55,938 bases of DNA from Rotaria socialis (Eukaryota): positions 1 through 55,938 of the forward strand of contig CAJNYD010000045.1 of NCBI GenBank assembly GCA_905331295.1, in the 5' to 3' direction. Below the pieces are notes generated by a model, which saw only the letters and a list, made by a program, of their open reading frames with translations, ran no database searches and was not told the DNA's origin. Made by a program: the position numbers and the translations under genes. Shown in pieces: positions 35,564-48,936 of this stretch. Positions within the stretch are counted from its first letter, which is position 1. Every line of letters starts with the position of its first letter.

Positions 35564-38500
35564 TTAATTCCGTTGTCGGCGTTTAGCTCTTAGCATAGGA
35601 CGTGAACCGTTCGCTGCATCATCTCTGGTAATATCGAAAGGACTAAACAGAAAAGTACAAAAACAAATGTATTACTAAGAAAGTCGAATGAGATTATTTA
35701 CTTTGTGCCACTTGGAGAAGAATTAGATTGGTCTACTGGTGAAAATTGATTATTGATAATTGGTGCTGATGTTGTTCTAGTAAAATTAAAGCCACCCTGT
35801 GATAATGCAGACGGAGCAACACCAAATGTTGATAATCCTGATGAAGCTTGAGGTACAAATATAAATCCACTAGTAGAAGCGGCTGGTTCTATTGAATTCT
35901 GAGTAGGATTTACAATTGTATTTGATTGGGATGCAAAACTGAATGCGAATGGTGCATTATTTGTTGACGGCAATAACGAAAATGAATTCGAAGGTGTACC
36001 AGCTGATATTGAACCCATGTTAAATAAAGAATTCGTACCAAATGTTGGACCAACATTTGAACTAGCAGATGATGAAAAGAAATTTGAAGAACTATGAGTT
36101 GTAATTCCAGATGATGGACTGCTTTGCATTGTTGTGGAAGCAGGTACAACATTAAGGGCAGCGGTACCGAATTGAAATGGAGCTGGTGTTGTTTGAGATA
36201 AGGATGCAAAACTATTCGATGTGGGAAAACTAGTTACTGTTGACATTGGAGACGATGTTGTATTTATGAGCGGTGCTGTTGCCATTGAAGAACCAGATAT
36301 AGTTGGGTTTATTGCTAACGATGAAGTTGAAGTATTGGCTTGCATTGTAAATGGAGCCGTTGTTGCTATATTAGAAGCATTGCCAAATGTTCGAAAATAT
36401 TCAGATGATGAAGAAGATAGTATTGGCGACATTGGTACACTTTCTGTCATTGTAACAGTGAAAGGAGCAGTAGAAGTTGTAACTATTGTGGCAGTACTTG
36501 TTGACGGGACTGATGAAAAGAGTAGGGATGGCGTACCAAATCGAAACTGATTGCTTGTACTATCATTCAGTGACTTATCTAATTTTGTTGTAGTATTTAA
36601 TATAGGTGTAGTACTGGCTGTGAAAGAACTTTCTTGAGCAGTTGTTGGTGGTGTACCCATGAAAGATATCGTAGTAGTAGTAGGCACAGAATTTTCTTTA
36701 GTTACTGTTATTGGTGATACTATGGGCGTGCTACCAAATAGAGGAAGTACTTGAGTTGAAATCGACGAAGTTGTACCAGAAACTGACGTAGTAGTGGTTA
36801 CTGGATTCTCTTTAGTTGTAACTGGTTGTATACTGAATAGTGAAACAGTAGTGATTATTGGATTTTCTTTAGTTGTTGGGAATAATTGGATTGGAGTGGG
36901 ATTGAATGATGGTGAAGCAGTATGGGTAGTAAACATCGATGGAAGTGATAAGCTATTTTCTTTTGTTGTTGCTGTTTGATTGCTAATAGCAGTTATAGGT
37001 GTAGATATACTAGGTTCTTCAGTAGTAGCATCAGACAATTTTTTGGATGATACTGATTCTTTTTCTACTGTTATTGTTGATGCAAGTGCTAAATTAAAAG
37101 AAAATTTCATGTAATAATCCTTATAGAATCAAAATATAACACATGATTTAGTTTTATACTATCCAATTATTTTGGTAAGTATCTACTCGGTGTTTCATTT
37201 AATTCTTCGAAAAATGCAAATAATAGTTTATAGATTTAAATAAGACCTCTCATCTCATATTAACAATGTCTATCATAGCCCATGGAGGTATACATTTGTA
37301 AAATGTATATTTTCATGATCCTTTAAAATGTTGTGCCATTAGTTTCTATTGAATTCGATCGAAAGCATTGACTTACCACTTAATTTTTTATAACTTGGAT
37401 TAATACCATGACAAAGTGAACACGATGCTGTGTGTGCTGGATGTTCTTTGGTACACGAAGGACATTTCCATATTGACTGGATAGAAGATGATGATGATGG
37501 TGGTGGTGGTGTAAAAGTTATTGTGGGTATCTTTGGCATTAGATTAGTAATTGTACTTGTTGTTTGAACTAGTATTGAATTATTAATAAGATTTGATTTA
37601 TCATTCGTAGAAGTATTAATTGATTTAGAAGGTACTAAAAAAAAATAAGAATAATTAAAATGGGCAAATTTATAAAATGAAACGATATACCTATATTAGT
37701 ACATTTTTCTGGATACTTTTTGGCATATTCTTCTTGAGCTCGAGCAAATTTTGGCCATGACAATGGTGTAACATCACCGAGTACCTTTAAATTGCAAAAT
37801 TAAATTTTTTTTCTCTGTTGCTTTTGTTTTCTATTTGTTTCTTACTTTAGGTTTAGTAATATGGATCGTTGGTATTGACACTTGCGGTTCTTCAATTGGT
37901 GGTTCAGTTTGAGTAGATGGTTGAGTTGTATCCTTATTTGGTACTGATAATGCTTCATATTGAATATCTGCTGGAGGAAAGATGCGTTGATTTTTTTTAA
38001 TGTCGACGTTTGAAATCTGCACAATCAAATCATTTGTTTAGTTTGTTTTAAAAGATAAATAACTCACGTCACATTGAATACCACATTCTTTTTCTTGTAC
38101 TTTTTTTAGTTTTAATTCTGGCGACGTAGATTTTGGTTGATGTTCCTCAATTGTCGATACAGATAATCTAAAGAGATTAATATATAGAAGACAAAATTTC
38201 AGTTTCTTTCGAACAGTTACGGTTCATTATCGAGTGTTCGATTGAGACGTATACAATCTTGTAAGGTTCGTCGACGAAGTCTTTCAATATAAGGTAAACG
38301 ATGTGAATTGATTGTTGCATAATTAACTCCTAATATTTTTCGTTCATTTGATAACTAAAATAAAGATGTAAATTAACTATAGATACAGTTTTTATTATCT
38401 TACTAATCGATTGGTATTAGTTGTAGGATTTGTTAGTGTTGCTGACGATTGTTGATTTTTTGTTGCAGATAATTGCGGTCGCTCAATTAGACCAGTTGCT

Positions 38501-39546
38501 AGTAAGTGGTTTGCTAAAAATTCATTTGATTGAGTATTTGATGTTGATGTTGTTGTTGTTGCTCTTGCGGTTGGTTTCTATAGAGTACAAACAATTAATT
38601 TTTGCTTTTGTCCGAAAAAGAAAATGCACGTACTCGATTGTGGTCAGAAAAAAGAGGCGATTTAGATGGATCATAATTTGATGTTGATCGCCGATATGTT
38701 AAAGAACTATTAAAACGTTGTGTTGATGATGGTAAAACTCGATTTATTGTTTCATTATAATTTTGTTCACTAGATTTTGTATGATCAAGTCGATGCTTTG
38801 ATAATAATCGAATACTATCTGTTGAAACTATTTTAAAATAAGAAATCCTAGTAACGATCGATGAAAAGAAATTAGATCATACTTGGATGTGACGACATTC
38901 TTTCATCATCATGAATATTTTGATAATTGGCTGTGCGAGGTCGTTTCTTTTGTTGTTCGATATCTGTTAAATCTCGTTCAGTTGGTAGTACATCTTCAAT
39001 ACTATCGTCTTCTTCGTCGATTAATGATGATCCATCGTCTCGTGTAGTTCGAGCAAGATCTAAATGATGAGAGAATAATATATTAGCTATGTGTTCTATA
39101 ATGAATAGTCTTAATAGAAATAGTTTCTGATATTAAGTGTATTTACGTTTTGGTGTTGTTGTTCGTAAATTTGTTATGATATTCGTTGATGTTTCTGTTT
39201 GTTGTTCATCAGCATTATTTTCAATGGAAACCGATCGTTTTCGTTTCTAAATTGATGTAGCGATAGGGAAAAAAAGATATATAAAGAATTATATTTTTGA
39301 CTTACTGAGCAATCAGTGTCATTGCTAGCTGAGAATAAGAAGGATGGATGAAAAATTTTCGAAACGACATCTTTGACTTTATGCATCATACTCTAGAATT
39401 GAATCATAATTAGAAAAATCTAAAATTTATATATCGAAGCAAACCTCATTTTGACTATTAAATGATGAATCACACTGATTTGCATCATCATATTCGGATA
39501 AAGAAGTATAATTAGAATGATTATAATAATTAGCAAGAGATGACAT
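35564..39546 (-). CDS. Nup153-like FG nucleoporin; multi-exon
   Basis: N-terminal MHKVKDVVSKIFHPSFL helix, one RanBP2-type zinc finger WKCPSCTKEHPAHTASCSLC, a long S/T/P-rich region with FRFG, FQFG, TFG and GGFNF, and a basic C-terminus RPMLRAKRRQRN*. Start ATG 39546 is inferred from exon phase. Confidence 0.75.
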
Positions 39547-41013
39547 TGTTTACAAGCACAATAAAGCAAACTGATAAGACACAACAACCAAACAAACCGT
39601 GCAAAAATTAGCAATAAAGTTAAAATTTTTTATAGATACTTACAAATAAAGGAACAACTATTACAACAATAAGCCAACGTAATAGCTAAAAAATGAAAAA
39701 CCCAATGAAACATGAGAAAATAAGTTCTTTATATTGAGAAATAATGAGTCATTCGAAACCACTAACGGTAGAATATATTTTTCATGTATTGTGAAATAAA
39801 ATCCAACATAACGAGGAAATAATATAACTAAGGTGAGATACATTATGGACACCAATGAAAACGTCGTCAAAGTTTTTATTGAACTAATTAATAGACAATT
39901 ACACAGAATAAATTAATATTTCGCTAATAATGAGCAAAAGAACAGGACTATTGATCTGATAATAATAGATGTCGCACATAGTATGAGAAATGATCAATTC
40001 TGAAAGTTGCATCAAGTATTCTACAGTCTGACCTTGACGACACACCAAATATGAGTAGTACTTCTGTAATTTCGAATGGGCTTAGTCGCATCAATTTGCA
40101 TTCAGTAATCATTCAATATATTTAGTTATTTTCTTCATTGATTTATATCAAGATTGCATACTCACACATATTCTATTGAAATCGAAAATCAAAACAAAAG
40201 AAGTCAACACCGTTTATATATCTTTTTTCTTTACAAGAAAAAGAAGAATCATACAGTACTTTTCATTACATTAGATCTATGATAATTTAAAAGAAAATAC
40301 AGAGAATAATTTATATTGATCATGAATTGACAATCAAGTTTCATAGTCACATAAACGAAAAAAAGACTGCTATCTGTTCCTTTATCAATCTCATCCATAT
40401 CAACCATTCAGTTGACCTTCTGTTCAGACTTCTTCTATTGATATAATCGGATGATTTTGTAGCATCACCTTCAAATTATAACAAGATATGTTATACATTG
40501 ATGTCTAAAAGCTACAAGTGATATCTCATATTATAACGGTTAATCAGACAAGACTGAAATTTAAAATTCTAGTAGACTTTCTAATGTGATTAAAAGTCAG
40601 TTGTTTTCTTCGACGATATGATACACATAACGAATGATCTATGAATTTCTGTTTTCATATATATATATATATATCTTTCACGAGCACATACATCATATCA
40701 GGTGTGAGTAGCATCGGCGACTCTACTTGATTTCACTTTTTTTTTCCAAAATGAAATTTGAGATCAAGTGCCACTACTAGCTGTCTCAATGCATCATGCC
40801 AATTTATTCTCTAATCTCTTTCAGTTTTTGTCTCTGACACACGATATGAATTAGTCATGTCATTAAAATTACCATTGAATATATTGATAATCCGCACCTT
40901 GACTGAATGGACTTTACAACTATCAAGAAAAACAGAATTAGATAGAGCACCTGCCTATTGCCTATAAAAAAGACGAAGCAAAAACATCATTTTGTTTTAT
41001 CTAAACTATAGTC

Positions 41014-41451
41014 ATGGTCTCAACAATTATTTTTTCTTTTGGTTTGATATTTTTCAGGTAAAGAATGCTTTATTTATCTTTTAGTTTATTAGACATTTAA
41101 TGATTTTTCTATTTTAGCTTAACAGGTTTGCATTTTTCGAAATTACATATATTTTGTTTACAATATGTTAATTGCTAGCCCATGTGAATAGTCAAACATG
41201 CCATAATATGGGCTCATTGGATCCATGCTCATATAATCATGCATGCAAATGTTTACCTTTATCGTTTGCCGATGATGTTGGTATTTGTGCTGTGGTCGGT
41301 GCAAGCTGTTCTAGACTTAGCCCATGCAGGTTTCCATATGATACTTGTGATGCCGATCATATTTGTGTTCGCCATCAGCAATGTGGCTCAAATCCTGTTT
41401 GTTATCCATTATCAATGGCTGATCAAAGATTATGTCCATTAATGATAACAA
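41014..41451 (+). CDS. Secreted cysteine-rich protein (5' part; 3' exons not located)
   Basis: TATAAAA at ~40963. Exons 41014-41057, 41118-41125 (8-nt micro-exon) and 41179-41451 give signal peptide MVSTIIFSFGLIFFSLTAHVNS plus a 12-Cys domain (C…CSYNHACKC…GICA…CSRLSPC…C…C..H..C…PVCYP…CP), followed by a GTAAGA donor. Confidence 0.7.
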
Positions 41452-42310
41452 GTAAGATAGTTTTTTTTTCACTGATTTTTAATAATTTCCAGGCTACGTT
41501 TTAGTTGACTTTCCTAATTTTATTTTTATTTTTGATACATTTCTTTCAACAATATTGAATTATGAAATCCATTGAAAACATTTTTGAAAATGACTCGCTG
41601 AAATACTATATTATGGAAAGTCAGTAGCGAATTAAACGGTCTGTTTTTTTCTTAACTTCGAAAAAATATTGCCACTGCTCTGTTCTTCATTGTCACATTT
41701 GGATCGCCATATATTTCCTTGCCAGAGACTACTATTATTGTTTTAATAAAAGTTTATTTACCAGAAGAGTTAGTCTGTTGCAACATATACATATGATATC
41801 TTCTAGATCTCAAAGTTTACCATGTTATCATATAACGTCATACACTGATCATGGTAGTGTAGTAACTTTCCAACAGTATAAGGATAAAGTCAAAACAAAT
41901 CCACACTAAAAATGAATACTCGCTGTACTTATCTTCGCAAAAGAATCAACTGAATCTTAGACAATAAATCCCCATAAGAATTATATTGCTGCTTGAAGTA
42001 AAAACATGAGAAATTATATCTTCTGTCAGTTCACTTCCTACTAGCATCAGCACCTTCAAAGTGACATGAATGTGTTAATTTTCGGATTGCAATAGGCGAT
42101 CTTTACAAAAAAATACTTCAGTGTGATGATATGAAAATAATTGAGGTGAGGAAAAGTTAAAATATCTGATTTTTCTATTCCCTTTCAACCAGTACATACC
42201 GTTCTTCAATTTGAAAAAGAGTTCCAAAACAAAAGCTATATCGAACCGAAGAACGGTGAACTAATTTATAAATCATACATAGACCAAGGGGGAAAAAACT
42301 GATTTCTGAT

Positions 42311-42360
42311 ACTAGAAATCACTGAAAATCACTAGAAATCACTGGAAATCACTAGAAATC
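42311..42360. repeat. 10-bp minisatellite (ACTRRAAATC)x5
   Basis: ACTAGAAATC ACTGAAAATC ACTAGAAATC ACTGGAAATC ACTAGAAATC. Confidence 0.9.
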
Positions 42361-43201
42361 AAGAATGACAAACTAAAGTTCGCGCAAGACGAACTTCAAG
42401 TGAAATTATGAATTTTCGTCTTTCACACATCATCTGCTACAGAATTTTACGGTGATCACGAATATATGTTTTTCAAGTTATTTCAAAGCTTCCTTCACTT
42501 CAAAAAATCGAAAAAACTTGTTTTTTCCACGTTTTTTGTAAAATTGAATTCGTGGACTTATGAATTTACTTAGATACTCGAAAAGGACATATTCTTGTTT
42601 AGCTTGAACAACTGAATCAGAAAATATCTTTAAAACTTGTTTTTGACCTAAACAGTTGCCCGTGAAGGTCTCTAAAAGCACAATTTTCAAAGCCCAAAAC
42701 CTTTTTCTGATGTGCTGGAATCGATTTTTTTGTATGGTTCGATTTGCCAGAAGCTCCTCTTTAAAAGTGTACGAGCAGTTTTTCAAAATTGTTTTCCTTC
42801 ATGGAGAAAAGTGAATTTTACCTAAAACTATGCGAAAACCTAAAAACCGTTTTCACGATTTTTGGAAGTTTCGCCAATAATACAATGGAGACAACACCAA
42901 GTAGGTTATAAACGATGCGGAATTTGATGGAGACACAACGGAAATCTCCAGGTGGTTTCTAGAGGGATTTTGAAGGGATTTTTACGTATCTACATGGGAG
43001 AAATGATTCATGGGTGAGTTTTTTAGGTGAGGTTTGCTATTCTCAAGGGTGTGGGTGTGCGCGTTTGTGGGCTTGGGTATGGTTGTGGGTTCAAAAATTC
43101 TATATCTATGCTAACAATCACAGCCACAGCGACACCAAAACCACTTAAATATTCATTTAGTTGTGGCAGCATTCATACAGAGAAGAAAATCAGAAAAAAG
43201 T

Positions 43202-43301
43202 NNNNNNNNNNNNNNNNNNNNNNNNNNNNNNNNNNNNNNNNNNNNNNNNNNNNNNNNNNNNNNNNNNNNNNNNNNNNNNNNNNNNNNNNNNNNNNNNNNN
43301 N
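43202..43301. other. Assembly gap (100 N)
   Basis: Run of N flanked by repeats on both sides. Confidence 0.99.
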
Positions 43302-44100
43302 AACTGATAATCAGTCCAAACATCATTTTGCACCCATCGAAATCATTGATAATTAATAGAAAATGCATCTAAATGTCAATCGGGATCATCAACACTAACT
43401 TTGTCATCAATTATTATAATTCTAAACATCATTAAAGAGTAGTAACTAGTCACACTAATTAACTGAAAATCAGTCCAAACATCATTTTGCACCCATCGAA
43501 ATCATTAGTAATTAATACAAGATGCAAACGAATGTAATTCTGGATCCTCACGACTTACATTTCATCGATTGATTAATTTGAAAATCTATAAAATGGACCT
43601 TGCGTTAAGAAAACAATTGAAAGAACATCGCTCCAGGTATCATTTTGCAAAAAAATGAAAAGATTGTAACAGTCGTACAGAATCGTTCGGATAATGTTTC
43701 TCGATGATTTCCACGTACATTTTCCTCGTCAAACAGGATTCTAAGCATCTTTCGTTACGGATGCAACCACACTTTTCGTGGCCGAAAATGAGTCCACAGC
43801 TGAACCTGGGCCTATCGAAAAATTCACTAAGACTTTGAGAATCGTTCGCATATCTATTTTACATCATTGGAACGTAGCTTTTCGTCATGAAACAGGATTT
43901 TGAGCATCTTTCATGCGGAATCCAACCACACTTACGTATGAGGAAAATCGGTCCTCTGCCCACCTTTGACCAATCGAGAAATTCACTGAGGATTGCAGAG
44001 TCGTTCTGATTATCATTTTGGACTGTTGCTAGAGACGTGTTCCCTGGCTAATTTGATTCTGAGTGACATTCGATGCCGAAATAATGTTATCGGACCTAAT
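43302..44100. repeat. Degenerate tandem array with 159-bp period (~5 units)
   Basis: AACTGA.AATCAGTCCAAACATCATTTTGCACCCATCGAAATCATT at 43302 and 43461. AGA(A/G)TCGTTC at 43679, 43838 and 43997. All spacings are 159 bp. Confidence 0.85.
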
Positions 44101-44559
44101 TTATATTTTGTGTAATCTATATCTTAGTATCCCCCAGTGGGTTTGTTGGTAATTCGAAAGTATGCTTGCGGTGGCACGAGACGGAGCAAACACGTTCGTT
44201 CGGCGTTTCAAATGATGTCGAATCGTATCGACGGGTAACATGGTATGGATATGTAACAATTTTATCTCGCCCTGGGTTATCATAAATGGCTCTGGATTTC
44301 GCGTTAGACCATTGATGGTCGTCGAATCAAGTTATATTGGTAGGAGTTATGATTAACGACTTGAGTGAACATCTTTCGGGGCGATAACTTCGCTCAGGAT
44401 AAGTAAATACGTGATCATTTTGCTGATTTTTATTGTTTTTTCGTAAAAATTGTATTGGATCGACTATAATTTTCAATTCATGGGTATCACCGTTTGTGTG
44501 AGTTGTTAAGTAATAGTTTGAATGAATTGCAAGGTGTTCCTTTAGTATTCGTTAATTAC

Positions 44560-44957
44560 ATACTGACGGTTTCGGTCGGATCTGTGTTGTAGTAAGTGGC
44601 TTAATCCGGTTAGTAGGACCGTTCCGTTCTGATATGATCCGATTGGTTCCGGTGATACTGATTAAGCCGGATCTACCATGAAATCGAGCGTCATGCGGCA
44701 CGGCGGATTCCGGTAAAGTTTCGTTACCGGATATTGTCGGATCACGTCGGATACGGCCCAATCGTATCATCTAACCTGATATTTTCCGGCAATATAAATC
44801 TGACCGGTTCTCGGAGAATCCGGCAGCCAGATTTCAGAAGAAAACAAGGAAAAGCATCGGAATTCGCCAGAAATTAACCGACCGAATCCGGTCACCATGT
44901 GACATCGGAATTATAACCCGCTTGACAAGAACCGACGGATCGATAATGACCTGGGTA
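44560..44957. mobile_element. CCGG/TCGG-rich non-autonomous DNA element ending GACCTGGG|TA
   Basis: GC-rich island with many ATCCGG/TCGGA motifs, ending in CTGGG-TA (CCCAG-type terminus). No matching left end seen. ORF 44552-44770 looks spurious. Confidence 0.5.
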
Positions 44958-45708
44958 ATACATATTCTATCAATAGCCTATACAATAAGGAGAAAGTAAT
45001 CTTTGTCAATTGAGACAAAAACAAAACAATGATAAAATTTATGTGACAGGAAAACAACATTTGATGAGAAGAACAGTAGTAAATAAAAGCTTTCGGTATT
45101 TTATATTTTACTATCGGTTAATAACATTGTACTGCTTCGGCATATGTCGCTTTGCCTTGAATTCAAAAACAGAATAAAATTAATAACAGTTTTCAAAAGT
45201 TCCTGTTCTATACTATCACTCATAATAAATTGAATTAGAAAATAATGACGAGAAAATCTGTAATATACCTCTTTCAATGGTTACTTTCATGTGCTATTAA
45301 ATAATGGCGTCAGTTGCAAAAAGTTCTGAATGTTATTTATTTCTCTAATGACACTACACGATTATTTAACAAGTGACTTCTTTAATTTTATAAAAAAGTA
45401 ATCATTCTTTTGAAAAATAGTAAGATGAAGATTTCAATGAATATTGCTCACATTAGAATCGTTTTGTAATAGTATATTGACTAAATATATTTAGGATATA
45501 AAATTTCTTTTTACTGATCCATAATATTTCAAATGACATACGCACACATGAAAAGCTTTCAGTTTTTTTTCTCCTTTTCTTTTCTTAAGTATGTAGTCTT
45601 AACTATTAGTAATTGACAACATTGACAAGGAATCGGATACTTGTTTTCATATATAGATACCCTAATTCATGGTCACAACTACCATTTATTATCACACATT
45701 TCAAAGAC

Positions 45709-46878
45709 ATGTATATTCTTTTGATTCTACTTATTAGTTTTCCATTGAATCATGGTGAATGCAATTACACAACAGAATGGTTTAACGAAAATCATCCGTG
45801 GGAAACTCATTCGAATGGACATGATATCGAACGTTATTCCATTATTCGAGCAAAATATCCATTGACATTTGATATTACCCAATGGACAGGTTCCTTTGAA
45901 ATACGCAAGGCTGATGATCATCGGAGAGTGGATCCAGAAATATTAATTGAAAATTATACAAAAATCCATGATGGCTTCATTTGTCATGCAATCAATGGAA
46001 AACTATGTGCTGATTTTGAAGTAAAGCTCTCTTTTTAAATTTCTATTTAGTGTGTAAAAATTAATTTATTCGTTCATTAGATTCGCTTTTGTTTAGAATA
46101 TAAGCCATGCAGTGTATCAACATATCCTCTTGATGAAAGTCCACTTGCCAGTGGTACAGAAGTTCGTCCACATTCATTACCCTGGCATGTTTCAATACAA
46201 TATAAAGAACAACATTTATGTTCTGGGACTTTAATCGATGATCAACATGTCCTAACAGCAGCAAGTTGTTTTCAAAGTAATCTTATACATATACCATATT
46301 CGGTTGCTCTTGATGCACATTATCTATCGAATTCTACTTATCGTATTCCAATTGATCGTTTTATATTTCATTCTGATTTTAACCAAGCAACATTAATCAA
46401 TGATATTGCCGTAATAAAACTCAGTCAGCACATTCAATCCTTTTCTGATCGTATTCGGCCAGCCTGCTTGGCACGATCGATTCGACAACCGGACGTATCT
46501 AGTCTGCTAATTGTAGCTGGTTGGCGTACGGTAAAAAATAATACTTGGTCTGTTTCGAATACTAATGAACTCCGACAAGCAAGATTAACAGCTATGGATG
46601 AATGTTCCGAAGTGTATCCTAAAAGATATGATTTTGAAAAGCAAATATGCGCTGGTACACAAGGTTCAAAACGTGATTTATGCCTAGGCGACATGGGTAG
46701 CGGACTTTTCGAAAAGCGAAAACATGATGTTGATCGATGGATTTTAACAGGCATTGTTAGCTATGGATGTGAGTTTGCATCAAATGGTTATCCAGGTGTT
46801 TATGTACGTATTAGCCATTATTATGATTGGATTCAACATACGATTAAAAAATTGAATGAAAGAAAAAAAACAAAATAA
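45709..46878 (+). CDS. Secreted serine-protease homolog (S1A fold, catalytically inactive) with N-terminal WxxW-like domain; 369 aa, 2 exons
   Basis: Exons 45709-46020 and 46081-46878. Signal peptide, then TEWFNENHP…DIE…IRAKYP…GFIC…CADFEIRFC. Trypsin-family motifs PWHVSI, CSGTLI, LTAASC, NDIAVIKL, PACL, AGW, QICAG, DLCLGDMGSGL, GIVSYG, PGVYVRI…DWI. Confidence 0.9.
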
Positions 46879-48936
46879 ATATGAATTGAATGAGTCATTT
46901 TTTAAAGAAACTATTGATATTTAAAAAGTTTTCATAATAATCATTACAATTATAGAAAAAACTTATGATCGTGTTGTCAAGAGACAAGAAAAATGATTTG
47001 ATATTATAATCAAAAAGAAAAACAGGTTCATCTCTTAATAACAATGATATGAAAAATTGATGAAACTTTTTAAAACAAATTCAATGTACGGGAAAAATAA
47101 AATTTGCTACTGATGTAGATGATTCATCACTGAAATGTTTATCAATTCAATGAATTCGATGCACTATCTCTATGGCATAGGCTTGTTAATTGAAATTTAT
47201 GGGGGGAAATTTTTCATATTTTAATACGATAGGCAATATATAACTACTGATTTGATTTTTGATAATATTTACGGTTGAATACCTATGGACATTTTGTTTT
47301 TCAGTCTATACTGGCGAAAGCTAACACAAACAATATTTCTACAGTTGCGATCAATAGTGCAAGATAGTGTTGATTATAATGATCTTAGATATTATTTACA
47401 CCAATACTACCATTGAACGATGATATAGATGTTTTTCTTAACTTTCATCTGTTCATAAAAAAATCGTTCATTTTTTTCTCTTTTACCTAACAATCAAATA
47501 CGCTGTTATTCAAGTAGCTTTTTTCTCCTCAATTAAGTTTAGATAATCAAATAAGGAATGAAAAGAAAGATGCATATATCGCAGAGAAATTATTATACGA
47601 TCGCTTGAGGCTACTTTTATTCTCATATGGTGAAACAACATCACTTCATCATGAAAAAACTTTCTCAATAGTATTTCAATTAAACAACCATAAAGTCAAC
47701 GAAATTCAAGAAATTTAACATTCTGTTGAAAATCTAAACATAATCTAATCGATTTATTTTACAATTCTTTGATGGTATAATTATATCCACGATTAAAATT
47801 GCAATAGCTAATTGAATTAAATCAGGCAATCGTTAATAAAAGGATATAAATGACATGACTTTTTTCCTTCATTAACTTTACATATTACTCTATTGATTCA
47901 CAAATATATTTTCAGTTTTATCACAAGAATGAATGAGACGATGTTAATATTTTTGATACAGACAAACTATTTGACTTGATTCACAAGCGAAGTAATGAAT
48001 AATTAAAAAAATAGCTCAAACTATTATTTTAGTTTTTTTTATGCTTTATTAAACTCAATATTTTTTTTCTTTACTTTCTATTCTTCGCGTGAATAAAATT
48101 TGAACGTAGTGAAAAAAAATCCTCTCAATAGATCAAGTGAAGCATCAATTAAATAGACACATCTTGACGATAGAAGTTGAACATTAGTAGCAGCATTTGC
48201 GTTGATGCATATGTCATTCAAATAGAAAATTATGATTACTATATACATCCGATGATGAATGTAAATGGAAGCGCATATACATACACCTTCAATTTTTGTT
48301 TAGAATAAAGACAAAGTGTCAAATGAAATTATGATGGAATGTCTCATATAAGTAAGAGAAGAGAAATCTCTCTCGTCTTCATCTCATTTAATCATCCGGA
48401 TGTATTCTCATTGGTTACAAAACTATTTGGATAGCCAATCGATGAATTTTTTTTATCAGAAAAAAAGAAGAAGAAATGAAAGTCAACAGATTGAAAATAA
48501 TTATTAGAGTAATTTTCATATAAAATATAAAAAATAGACGAGATACTAAGTCTAGTTTAACATAAATCAATTTTTGTTTTTTTCCATTCTCGGACTCTCT
48601 CTCCATCGTCGTCTAAAGTGTTGATGATGTCGGCATTATCAAAGACACTCTTTTTTTCAATCGATGAAGATGATCTTTTTAGAAATGCATATACCATTTG
48701 CTAATTTTCTTTTTCCTCCTACAATCCCGAAACTATTTCATTATGTCACTAATCACTTTTTATAGAGGATTATATGGTTCATATGATAAAAAACTGTTTC
48801 TGTCTCTTTTTTTTTCTCATCAGAAATTCAAGTAGTACATCACAGAGAAGTTCAGTTGACTGTAAAACAGTTGAGCATCTGCTGTTAGAAAAAACTAAAC
48901 TAAACTAAAACAATTGCACATTTTCAGTTCTTAGAT

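Noticed and set aside
35910..36979. Alternative-frame and antisense ORFs inside the nucleoporin exon
   Set aside because: By-products of S/T-rich codon usage, with no independent signals.
42311..44100. CRISPR-like array
   Set aside because: The repeats are contiguous tandem units without unique spacers, the context is eukaryotic, and no cas genes are present.
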